A stretch of 64,000 nt of DNA. Origin: Armatimonadota bacterium. GTDB lineage: Bacteria; Armatimonadota; UBA5829; DTLH01. The stretch is taken from NCBI GenBank assembly GCA_039679675.1, contig JBDKUN010000019.1, positions 11,017 to 75,016 of the forward strand. The letters run 5' to 3'. Below the pieces are notes generated by a model that saw only the letters and a list, made by a program, of their open reading frames with translations, searched no databases and had not been told where the DNA came from. This document shows positions 39,683 to 49,600 of the stretch, piece by piece; the stretch's first letter is position 1; the number at the start of each line of letters is the position of its first letter. Made by a program: the position numbers and the translations under genes.

Positions 39683-42325
39683 TTACGCCGTAATCACAAG
39701 AGGTCTCTCTTCTGAGATCGTAACCGGCTTGTCAAACTCTACGCAGATGCCTTCACCGCATCGATTGATCTTACACTCTGCGGGTTCCTCACCGATCAAC
39801 ACATCTGCATCCTCGAACCCGGAGAGTTTCGGCAAAGATAGCTCCCGTATAGTCATTTCACCGGATGAGATATCAATCGTGACAGTCCTGCCTGTAATGC
39901 CGTTCTCCTGCCAGTAAGTTCCCCAGGCGTTTGGCGTAAAAAACGGATACTCAGAGACAGACTGGTCTATCGCCGGGGCGAATGACAGAAATCCGGTGGG
40001 CTGGTTCCATTTGAACCCGGAAAGTGCGATCATAAGTGTCCAGGATGACATAGCCCTGTAGTAGTGTCCGCCGCATTCTATATGGTTCCAATATCTCCCT
40101 GCGCGGATATAGCGGTCATGGATGTCTTTCACGATAGAAAGCCCATCTGCGACCATTCCGTAATTGATAAGAAGAGCAGCTACAGTGTATTCGATCCCGG
40201 TCCATGGTGCTTCTGCCTGGAAATTGTCCGATGTAGCCAGATTGCGCTTTTTGCCGGGCGGGTAGGATGCATTGATGAGTCCTTCACCTTCCCGGAAATT
40301 CTGGCGAATGATGCTGCCAAGAGCGGTTTTGATCCGTTCAGGATCGAGAATATGTTCCCATCCACTAACTGAGTTGAACCAGTCGCCGCTCATCTGGTCG
40401 CTCATGCAGCACTCATCCAGCTCGTCACCATCCCTGAAAAGGACGTAATACTCACCGTTCCAAAGCTTCTCTTCAAAGCTCTTTACCCCTTTGTCGTATG
40501 TGGCCTGCCATTTATCTGCAAGCTCCATGTCCCCGACTTCAACAGCGAGCCTTGAGGCAGCCCTGAGCGCAGCCAGCCAGAGCCCGGATACATATGACGG
40601 GCAGCCTTTGATATACCAGGCGTCGTAGGTGCTGCGGCGGGTATCTGAATCAGGAAGCCCGTCGCCATCGGTGTCGATCTTGCTCGTGCTCTCCATCGCC
40701 TTGATGATATGAGGCCAGAGCTTATCAAGATAAGCTCTATCGCCTGTCCAGAAGTAGTCTCTTGCTGTGAGCATAACGAACTGCTGGTTCATATCCACTC
40801 TGTCATACTGGTTGTCTGCAGAATAGAGGTCGGGGGCGAGCATATGGTGTACCCGGCCATCTTCGCGCTGGAAATTGGCCCCATGTATCATCTGGGTCTT
40901 CTGCAGGTCCGGGAAGAGCGATATGATCGGAAATGACCCCTGGTATGTGATGTCCGTTGTGTGGAATCCGCAACAACCGAGCCCTTCCCAAACTCCGAAA
41001 AGCCCATCTCTTGTCCACCACGTGCATTTCGTCATAATGGAGAGCTGGGCTGTTATCGCATCGGCTGCTTCGGTCGGAATGCTGGAGTTATGTATCGATT
41101 CAGGCAGCATCAAGGTCCGCGTGTATATATCCGAGTAGTTATCGAGCATGAATCTGCATACGCTGAGCGAGTCCTCGAACCAGTTTTCGTAGGCGTGGCC
41201 TACATTCGTCTCAGTCGGGCTGATATGGTTCGGAAAATACCATGCTGTAGTAAAGAGTACGGATGATTCCGCTTCCGGCGCAAGGTCGACCCGGCTGCAG
41301 AGTGCAGCAAGTCCCCATCCTGCATGGTTTCCATTTATATGGCTGATGTTGTCTGCGATTTTCCCCAGAACTTCTACTGAGTCTGCGGCATCGGGATCAG
41401 CGGCCGCTATGCGATGGTATATATCGTAAACGAGAGGATGCTGCATGAGCTGATCGAGAAGTGCCTTGCGCTCATCAGCCGAAAGATCCGCTGCATTGAA
41501 GTTGCCCGGCAGTTCTGGCCGCACCTTCGCGTTCAAGTTTGGCAGCGAACCGCTCTCATGGAATTGATGTAGGAAAGAGTATATTCTGATCCCGTACTCC
41601 TGCATCCAAAGGTGGAATCCTTTGGGGTGGTATTCATATGCGCCGGTGATATACGTTATATCGCCGCCCAGCGCGGCGAATGTCATATCACCAGTGGAGC
41701 ATTGATCCGATTTCAGGCCGTCAGCGCTTAGAACGACGGCTTTGGCCTCTCCTATAGACTCAAGGTGGTTCTTAGGCCTGCGGGAGTCCTGATCATAACC
41801 CGCGGGGTTCCGTGTAATGCCGAGGATCGAGGCTTCTACCGGCTCGGAAGAATGGTTCTTTACGGTGAAATGAACATAGAAACCGGGGGTTCCCGATGTC
41901 CGGCTGTCCAGCGGGATGAACGGAGAAAATATCTCCGCTTCAATCGAAACGGGAAGCTCTGGGTCGTTATAAGTCAAGGTCGCTGTTGGAAATGTCCCGT
42001 CGAAGCTGATAGACTGCACGGACCGTATCCACGGGAAAGAGTACAGGTTGTGAAGCTGCTCAGACAGCCCTAGATAGCGCAGAATTGTCCTGCCATCCGA
42101 TGTTTTGACCCGGGCTATGAAGATCAGATCATCCGGTTCCATCGGTCTTTTTTCGATAACTGCAGGAGTTTCCGAGTCGCTCTTATGCTTTGGGTTCCAG
42201 GTCCCGTTGTTGAATATTTGCCACTCGTGAAAGAGCCCATCCGGACGGATTTCAACCGATCCTGTCCCGATTCCACCGAGTGGAATTCCTGATTTATGAT
42301 GAATCTGTTGATTTATAGTAACCAA
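39683..42325 (-). CDS. GH116 family glycoside hydrolase (GBA2-like)
   Basis: GIPLGGIGTG, FSPFIP, TYDAW, LWNGEYY, DQMSGDW, ECGGHYYRAMSSW; GGAGG before the TTG start. Confidence 0.9.
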   Translation of the reverse strand: MVTINQQIHHKSGIPLGGIGTGSVEIRPDGLFHEWQIFNNGTWNPKHKSDSETPAVIEKRPMEPDDLIFIARVKTSDGRTILRYLGLSEQLHNLYSFPWIRSVQSISFDGTFPTATLTYNDPELPVSIEAEIFSPFIPLDSRTSGTPGFYVHFTVKNHSSEPVEASILGITRNPAGYDQDSRRPKNHLESIGEAKAVVLSADGLKSDQCSTGDMTFAALGGDITYITGAYEYHPKGFHLWMQEYGIRIYSFLHQFHESGSLPNLNAKVRPELPGNFNAADLSADERKALLDQLMQHPLVYDIYHRIAAADPDAADSVEVLGKIADNISHINGNHAGWGLAALCSRVDLAPEAESSVLFTTAWYFPNHISPTETNVGHAYENWFEDSLSVCRFMLDNYSDIYTRTLMLPESIHNSSIPTEAADAITAQLSIMTKCTWWTRDGLFGVWEGLGCCGFHTTDITYQGSFPIISLFPDLQKTQMIHGANFQREDGRVHHMLAPDLYSADNQYDRVDMNQQFVMLTARDYFWTGDRAYLDKLWPHIIKAMESTSKIDTDGDGLPDSDTRRSTYDAWYIKGCPSYVSGLWLAALRAASRLAVEVGDMELADKWQATYDKGVKSFEEKLWNGEYYVLFRDGDELDECCMSDQMSGDWFNSVSGWEHILDPERIKTALGSIIRQNFREGEGLINASYPPGKKRNLATSDNFQAEAPWTGIEYTVAALLINYGMVADGLSIVKDIHDRYIRAGRYWNHIECGGHYYRAMSSWTLMIALSGFKWNQPTGFLSFAPAIDQSVSEYPFFTPNAWGTYWQENGITGRTVTIDISSGEMTIRELSLPKLSGFEDADVLIGEEPAECKINRCGEGICVEFDKPVTISEERPLVITA

Positions 42326-42469
42326 GGTGCATTTCCTCCACCTAACGGTTCTATTAAGGCCAGGATTATTCCTTCTGCTGGATAATATTAAAGTCCGGGA
42401 ACTAGCTGAAGTGGGTAATTACGTATCATAATTAGGGCAAGCCATAGCTGCTGGTTTCAGAGGTAAAGG

Positions 42470-43273
42470 ATGTTTCCACTACGCATTGTAAGGCTCTTAT
42501 TCTTGATGCTTGTTTTAGTGTCGAGCCAGGTTTTGGCTGATGACCAGCTGTCCGCTTCGACTGCGCCTGCCGAAGAACCGGTAATAACTCAACCTTTATC
42601 CGGCGGCCTGCTATCACCGGATATGCTTACAGAGAAGAGCAGCCTACCTTCATTGCACCTGTCTGCACCCGTAAAAGAGCCCAGGAAGTCCGGAATGGAC
42701 CCGGAATACAATACAGCTATAAAGGTTGCAAAACAGGCAGGGCTCATCTACCTGACTGATAGCGCCACGAATGAGTTCACCCGATCAGCGTTAAGAGGCA
42801 TCAGCGCAGGCAGGCTTGCAGATGCATTCAATATATTGGGAAATGGAAAGCTGGTCGGTCTGCTCGGCCTTGGCTATGTAATCGGCGGACCCCATGCGAA
42901 AAGTACATACGGTACTGCTATCGAGGCTGCCGGTGATGCGATGCTTATTACAGAAAGTCTCAAATTCCTAACCGGTAGAATGAGACCCTGCCAGTCCGGT
43001 GGTGATCCTTACGAGTTTGAAGGGCCGGGATCAGGCTTTGCATCCTTCCCGTCCGGGCATACGAGCAATGCGTTTGCAATCGCTACAGTGTTTGCTCATA
43101 AGAACCCTAAGAAAAAATGGCTGTATTATGCATTGGCTGCCGGGGTGGGATATGCCAGGATGCAGAAACAAGCGCACTTCGGCTCGGATGTCTTCGCAGG
43201 TGCGGTCGTAGGCACTTATGCCGGCAAAAAAGCCGTAGATGGCAAGTCATTGTTTGGTAAGTTGGCACACTAG
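42470..43273 (+). CDS. PAP2-family phosphatase
   Basis: LKFLTGRMRP, SFPSGHT, ARMQKQAHFGSDV. Confidence 0.85.
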   Translation: MFPLRIVRLLFLMLVLVSSQVLADDQLSASTAPAEEPVITQPLSGGLLSPDMLTEKSSLPSLHLSAPVKEPRKSGMDPEYNTAIKVAKQAGLIYLTDSATNEFTRSALRGISAGRLADAFNILGNGKLVGLLGLGYVIGGPHAKSTYGTAIEAAGDAMLITESLKFLTGRMRPCQSGGDPYEFEGPGSGFASFPSGHTSNAFAIATVFAHKNPKKKWLYYALAAGVGYARMQKQAHFGSDVFAGAVVGTYAGKKAVDGKSLFGKLAH

Positions 43274-43632
43274 ATAGAGAAATATGGAGTGCGGAAACAG
43301 CGGCTTCCGCTTTCGGTCAGCAATCTCTATCTGGCATGTTGATGTAATATCTGCAGCAAAGCCTCAAATCTTCAATATCTTCACCTTCGAGAACCCGTAA
43401 TACTGTATCTGTACCCAGTTGCACCATAGATGTAAGGCTGGCATCCATCAACTCCATTGGCTGTTTGAATTGGCAAAGTTGGATTATATTTCAAAGGGGT
43501 ATACTCCACAAAGTGTTTAATGAAAAGGGGGGATAGTGCTTGATTGTCTTATGATAATGGCTATTCGGCGGTTGCAGTATGTGATTGTGCTTATGCAGTA
43601 GAAACCAGATCGAATTTCAGGAGGCAATTGAA

Positions 43633-44973
43633 GTGAGAAGAATATCTGCGATTATGCTGTGTTGTATAGCGGTGAGTGTCTTGCTAGTGGGCTTTGCGGT
43701 AGCCGAGCCGATGCCAGGCGCGATCTGGACCACCGATGTGGACTATGTAGTTAACCGCAACATCTATGACAGCAAGTGTGAAGTGTACCTAAACGGTGGG
43801 CCCTTGAACCAAAGCCAGCCTGGCCTGCCGGATGGTGATTACTATTACAAGGTAACGAACCCGGACGGCAGCCGTGACTTAAGTGAAGAAGCTGGAAAAT
43901 CACTGGACAACAGGCTTGTCACTGTCGTCGACGGCATAATTGTTCGAACGAATCCGAATAATCAGCTCTGTCCGTATGAAGACACTGACAATGAGGGTGG
44001 GGAATACAAGGTCTGGCTCACGAGCGTTGAAGATTATTATGCTCACGGTGGATTATTTGATCCCGACAGCTCGAAGACAGATAACTTCAAGATAAAGCCG
44101 CAGGTCGGACCGCCTACGGTACTCGGAAGTATCAGCGGCTGCAAGTATTACGATCTTAATATGAATGGGATCAAGGATCCGCTGGAGGTTGTGATTCCGG
44201 GGTGGCTGATCGAGCTCTATGATAGTAGTGGCGAGCTATATGCCAGCATGACGACGGACACTAACGGCGAATTCTACTTTGACAAACTCCATGAGGGTAA
44301 CTACACGGTTAAGGAAGTCATGCCTCTGGGGTTGTGGAAGCAGACCGGGCCAAAGGATACTCCTTCAGGAGTAGATTTGGATCCATCGCCGGATGTAATA
44401 ACCACAGCATACGGTTTCATCTACTCTGTTCAGCTGCTCAAGATCGATAACACTGTTGGAAACGCCACGAAAGTCGATTTCGGCAACATTTGTCTGAAGC
44501 CTGCTACAGGCGGTTACACGCTCGGTTTCTGGTCGAATAAGAACGGCCAAAAAATCCTAGATGGTAATCCGGGCTGGATTGGGTTGCTGAACAGTCTGAA
44601 TCTCAAGGACAGCTTTGGAAATGACTTTACCATAACTTCCTACTCTGGCTTCAGGACATGGCTTCTTGCGGGAAATGCGGTCAATATGGACTACATGCTT
44701 TCCGTGCAACTGGCTGCCACGGTGCTCGACTGTGAGTACAAGGGGTTGGATAGTAGTGAACTGCTGGTTCTGCCGGATGATCTCGCGGATTGTTATGGTC
44801 ATGAGACGATAATAATCGGCGATATTATAGATGAAGCCAACGCGGCGCTCAACGACAGCAGCGCATCACGTGGCTATCTGGAATGCCTGAAAGATATTCT
44901 CGATGGCATAAACAACAACAGCTTCTGGACAATCTGCCCTGGGCCATGCGAAGTAGTCTATCCTGTTGAATGA
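43633..44973 (+). CDS. Exported protein with SdrD B-like domain (GTG 43633 after GGAGG; ORF track starts 43585)
   Basis: Signal peptide; GSISGCKYYDLNMNGIKDPLE..IPGWLIEL...TTDTNGEFYF..L..GNYTVKE. Confidence 0.7.
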   Translation: MRRISAIMLCCIAVSVLLVGFAVAEPMPGAIWTTDVDYVVNRNIYDSKCEVYLNGGPLNQSQPGLPDGDYYYKVTNPDGSRDLSEEAGKSLDNRLVTVVDGIIVRTNPNNQLCPYEDTDNEGGEYKVWLTSVEDYYAHGGLFDPDSSKTDNFKIKPQVGPPTVLGSISGCKYYDLNMNGIKDPLEVVIPGWLIELYDSSGELYASMTTDTNGEFYFDKLHEGNYTVKEVMPLGLWKQTGPKDTPSGVDLDPSPDVITTAYGFIYSVQLLKIDNTVGNATKVDFGNICLKPATGGYTLGFWSNKNGQKILDGNPGWIGLLNSLNLKDSFGNDFTITSYSGFRTWLLAGNAVNMDYMLSVQLAATVLDCEYKGLDSSELLVLPDDLADCYGHETIIIGDIIDEANAALNDSSASRGYLECLKDILDGINNNSFWTICPGPCEVVYPVE

Positions 44974-44984
44974 TGTAGTGAAAA

Positions 44985-45045
44985 GCGGTCTTGAAAACCG
45001 TCGTAGTGAAAGCTACCGGGGGTTCGAATCCCTCCGCCTCCGCCA
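44985..45045 (+). pseudogene. 3' half of tRNA-Ser(TGA); att-site identity block
   Basis: Anticodon arm GCGGT-CTTGAAA-ACCGT, long variable arm, GGTTCGAATCC, CGCCTCC-G-CCA; no D arm or 5' acceptor strand upstream. Confidence 0.88.
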
Positions 45046-45056
45046 GTATTTTGAGC

Positions 45057-45100
45057 TCAAAAAAGGCCTTTCGGAGAGTTTATCCGAAAGGCCTTTTTGA
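45057..45100. terminator. Bidirectional intrinsic terminator between the tRNA half and int
   Basis: AAAAAGGCCTTTCGGA-gagttta-TCCGAAAGGCCTTTTT. Confidence 0.88.
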
Positions 45101-45105
45101 TGTTC

Positions 45106-45124
45106 TTCTAACAGATTTCTAACA
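45106..45124. repeat. Probable integrase arm-type binding sites
   Basis: TTCTAACA twice with an 11-bp period, ~60 bp beyond the tRNA half. Confidence 0.5.
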
Positions 45125-45143
45125 AGGCGAGCAAAAATGCGGC

Positions 45144-46337
45144 TTATTTTTCCCTCGCGCGTTTCAAAGCATCTGAAAATTGGACTGGTGCACCCATGTC
45201 TCCAGGTATACAGTGGCTATATCTTTTCAGGGTGATTGTCGGATCAGCATGACCAACCCTTCGGGAAACCCTCACCAGAGATTCACCATTTGCAAGGCTC
45301 AAAGAGATGTGAGTATGACGCAAATCATGGAAGCGGATTCGCGTGATCTTTGCCTTGTCAATTATTTCCCCCAAACCCTTGCAGAGCATTGAGGTCCGCA
45401 TATAATACCCGTCTTCCATTGAACATACGAGATTCAGGTTCTGATATTCATTGCCATATTCTAGCTTTCTGAGTTTCTGAATCTCCCTATGTTTCTTCAA
45501 TAGTTCCAGAAGCTCTGGAGTTGCCTCAAAGGTTCGCTCGCTATCGTCGTTCTTCGGCACCTTTAATGATAGCTTGCCGTGGATGTATTGAAGAGAATGT
45601 CTTACTTTGATAGTTCCACTCGTGAAGTCCACATCCGACCACCGCAGAGCCAAGCACTCCCCTTGCCTCATGCCTGTGTATAGGCTCAAGACAATAGGCA
45701 TTCCCCAAATGCTTCCAAGACAAGCATCAACTAAATTGACGGCCTCCTCAGCTGTTAGAGTTTTCATTTCCTCGTGCTTAACCTTGATGGAATCAGTTCT
45801 AGCGACAGGGTTAGCACGTAGTCTAATGACTTCCTTCCGGATGCCCCAGTTGATGGCAGCTCGGAGGATGGACCTGCAATGATGTGCTGTTTGACTTGAG
45901 ATGCCTGTCTCTTCCTGATTCTCTCCAGTGGCCGGATCCTGTATAAGCATCGGCTTTTTCCGTCCGTTTTTCTGGATTTCATTGAGAAACTTGTCAATCC
46001 TGGATGCTGTCAGACGCTCGACCTGGATATTGCCCAACTGCGGCGATATATAATTATTGATCTTCTCACTGTAACCAAGATGTGTCTTCTGAGCCCAGCG
46101 ACCTTCATTCGCATCAAGATATTTCTGTAGAAGATCCTTGACAGTCATCTTGGAAGGATCCACATACTGGCCGCTTTCTGCCTCGTGGATCAGCCGCGCG
46201 AGCTCCGCATCAGCCTGCTTGGAGGTACCGTGAAAAGTCACCCAACGTTGGTTACGCTTCCCGCTGTCTTTGCGAGGAGCATCATAGATCAGCCTCCAGG
46301 ATTTCGGATCATTAAGCGGTATTTTTGCGCCCTTCAT
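45144..46337 (-). CDS. int: Tyrosine integrase
   Basis: YTGMRQGE, LKVPK, FHDLRHT, RVGHAD, RYSH; N-terminal arm-binding and SAM-like domains. Confidence 0.95.
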   Translation of the reverse strand: MKGAKIPLNDPKSWRLIYDAPRKDSGKRNQRWVTFHGTSKQADAELARLIHEAESGQYVDPSKMTVKDLLQKYLDANEGRWAQKTHLGYSEKINNYISPQLGNIQVERLTASRIDKFLNEIQKNGRKKPMLIQDPATGENQEETGISSQTAHHCRSILRAAINWGIRKEVIRLRANPVARTDSIKVKHEEMKTLTAEEAVNLVDACLGSIWGMPIVLSLYTGMRQGECLALRWSDVDFTSGTIKVRHSLQYIHGKLSLKVPKNDDSERTFEATPELLELLKKHREIQKLRKLEYGNEYQNLNLVCSMEDGYYMRTSMLCKGLGEIIDKAKITRIRFHDLRHTHISLSLANGESLVRVSRRVGHADPTITLKRYSHCIPGDMGAPVQFSDALKRAREK

Positions 46338-46363
46338 TTATTTTGATCCTCTCCCTAAAATGC

Positions 46364-46480
46364 AAAACGGGCAACTCACGCCCCGCCAGAGGATGAGCTG
46401 CCCGCTTACGATGCCGATAACGGCATCAAATCTGTATGCTTGCCTGGCGGGGCTACGCATTCATTATAGCACATATGTTC
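46364..46480 (-). promoter_or_regulatory. Integrase promoter and structured leader (repeat copy A)
   Basis: Extended -10 TGcTATAAT; GCCCCGCCAG/CTGGCGGGGC stem; GATGCCG hairpin; terminator-like CGGGCAGCTCA/TGAGTTGCCCG-TTTT. Confidence 0.65.
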
Positions 46481-46563
46481 TTATCACCTACATGCTATAA
46501 CACTTATATCAAGCAGCCAAGAAGATACACTGCAGTTATTCTGGACATTGTTCTTGGTTCAGA

Positions 46564-46592
46564 TTGACAGCCGGCCACTTCCATGCTACATT
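46564..46592 (+). promoter_or_regulatory. Sigma70 promoter for the cargo operon
   Basis: TTGACA-17 nt-TACATT with an extended -10 TG. Confidence 0.55.
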
Positions 46593-46649
46593 GCAATTGC
46601 CGCTTGTACAGGGTGAATTACCAAATCTACCGCTTAACAGGAGCGAAAC

Positions 46650-49600
46650 ATGGTCATTACCCGCAGTATTTTCAGCCGTTTTTTCCCGCTTATGCTCCTA
46701 TGCCTGTTCACAGCCTGCTCAATGGCATATGCACAGACGCTGCCGTGGGAAAACGAGAACTCCGTCGGCTCCATTCTTCTTAATCAGGATGGACAGAGCG
46801 TGCTGCTCGAGAAGGTCACTGTCTCAAAGATAGAAGCACGCAACGACCCGCCTTATTTTGTTGTCCAGGACGGTTTCAAGCCGGACAACAGGATCGTCAT
46901 ACTGTCCCGACCGCCGTCAGCCCTCACATGCGGGATGACTGTAGACGTCAGCGGGACACTTGTAACTCTGAACACAGGCGAAAGATGCCTGACTGACGCA
47001 ACCACCTTCGGTTACTTCAATAAGGACGGCTCCCTCACCGGATGGTCATACGGCTTTATGCTCTGCACCGGCAGGCAGGTCTTACCTATTTCTACTGATC
47101 CCATTCCACCGTCCGACCCCAGCCTTACAACAGACGGAAGAGGCATACCAGGCTTAGTCACGTCCGAACCGGCTGAGAAACCCTCCGCCTACGGCACGGT
47201 GGCAGCTCTTTCTACAGCTCCATTGCTCTCCACTGTGGAGATTTCCTGCAAGCCTGTAAGGGAGACCGGAGCAGGATATATAAAAGTCGGAGACGACAAC
47301 TCGGATGCGGCCATAAAGGTGTATACCAACGCCTCGGTAAGCCCTACCGACAGGATAATCAAGCTCACCGGGACTCTCCACACAGAGAAAGGCAGCCATG
47401 TCATCTACGCCGACAGCGGACCCGAGCCATATTTCGACCGCCAGGGCTACATCGGGCACGTTTCCGCAGCAGGAATGGGCACAGTGGCCTATGCTGCCAC
47501 CCTGAGCAACCCGTCCGAAAGCGTGAGCAAGACAGGTGGCATACACGCAATGAGCGCGAGCACTCCCGATACGACAAACGGTAACTGGGTATACCTTACG
47601 GGGCAACTGGTAACCTATGTCGGAGGCTACTGGTCCTATGACGCTTCTCCCGCCGGATGGGTGAATGTCTACAATATCCAGGGGATAGACAAAACGCCCG
47701 GAATGAGAGTGTGGAGTCCTTCATTGAACAGTATGTCCGTTGGTTCCATAGTTGATGTCTTTGCAAAGGTAGATACCAAGGACGGACAGAGAATACTTGG
47801 CACCTGGGGCGGAGACACAAATGCGACGAACGCCACAGACCTTAGTGATGCTAACCACTGTCTGGAGCCCAAGGTACTGTTCTCAACTGAAAACACCAGC
47901 AATCTGTTAACTGTGAGACCTGTCGGGATGACCAACAAGACGCTTGGAGGGGAAGCCCTTGGTGAAAATAAGAGCGTAGATGGTGGGGCTGGGCTATATA
48001 ACATCGGAAGCTATGTAACCGTATGGGGCAAAGTGCTTGAGGTAGGTGCATTTAATTTTATACCATATATGAAGATAGATGATGGCTCTGCTGTTCCATC
48101 CGACGGATCAATCGGGCAGGTTCAAAAGGGCGTCATCGTCTTCAGATGCAGCAGCTATGATCCTTTTCAGCCAGTTGTGGGAGACTATGTAGCTGTAACC
48201 GGGGTAAGTTCCATATGGAAACCCAGTGGTTCCGAGAACAAATACCGCTGTATCTGGACTACGGATACAGTGAAAGACCTACTGAACGAGGACACCCCCA
48301 TTGGTGTAGGTGCGACTACGAACATTAATGGGACAATATCCGGGACATTGAAGATTTATGATATACCTCCACCACCGGCAGGCAACCCAAATGAACCGGT
48401 TAAAGTAAGAGCTAATATCTGCTGCGTTGGAAACAAACAGATGTGGGTTTACACTTGTATCGACTACAAAATTGTCAACAATGAAATTGTTGAATATACT
48501 ACCGCCGACATCCCGGTCGTCCGTCAGGCAGATGGTAGCGGCACCGTCTCATATTCTTTTGAAGTAGTTAAGGAAATAAAGATCGGTGATCTCACGCTGG
48601 ATACCCCAAAGTACATCGTCTCGGCTAAATGCAATGGTTACAAGACTAGGACCTATACCAATGTGTCACCTGATACCACCAGGAACCTGTATCTCACCCC
48701 ACTCAGGAAGATATATGTAACTGCTGAGAACAATAAAGGCAATGACACAAAGCCAGTGGAGGTAACTGATAGCAACCCGACCAATATTATCGCTACGGTA
48801 GTAGATGCCAGTCACAGTCCCATCTCGGGTAAAACGGTAAGGTTCAGGATGAATAAAGGATCGTTCTACAACGACTGTGTTGTCCATGACTATACAGGTA
48901 CTACTAATTCCAGTGGGCAGGTAGAGGCGAAATATTACGGTAATCCAGCCGAAACAGGAAGCGATATAGTGGTGGAAGCTACAGACGACAGCGCGCCACT
49001 TCCTGTTGATAACGAGATTGACGATACTTACAATTACGACTGGGAGCAGTTACACAATGAGAAAGGTCAACCGATCAATATCAAGGTCACAATACCTTAT
49101 CAGAACGCTATAGACACATTTGTATTGACTGCCAATCCGTATTCTGTTCCTCCTACGGCATCCAGTTCCACTATAACCGCAAAGCTTACTACGATTGACG
49201 GAACAAAAATAGTAGGAAGATCAGTCAGCTTTAGTACGACCGCAGGAGATTTTAATACAACTTCCGGAAAAGTTTCTCAAGTAACTGCCCTTACTAATGA
49301 CGATGGGGAAGCAACTGCGGAACTATGCGATGTTCTTCGTGGCGGGTTCGCAGTAGTAGAGGCATCTACTACCAACGATCAGGGCTATACCCACATGCAG
49401 CGGGTGCAGGTAGACTTCCTCCAGTCCTCTTCAGATGACTGGCCGATGTTCATGCACGACGTGAGACATCAGGGATACAGCAGGTTCTATGACACGACTA
49501 CAACGGAGAATTTCGCATTAGCCTGGAGCACGCCTGTTCCGCTTGATGTGGCTCACCCAGACCTTAGTACGCATTGGTCTGACCATCCGAACCCTGGCTA

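Noticed and set aside
44950..45045. Intact tRNA-Ser gene
   Set aside because: No GGAGGYG acceptor 5' strand or D arm upstream; that space is the end of a CDS
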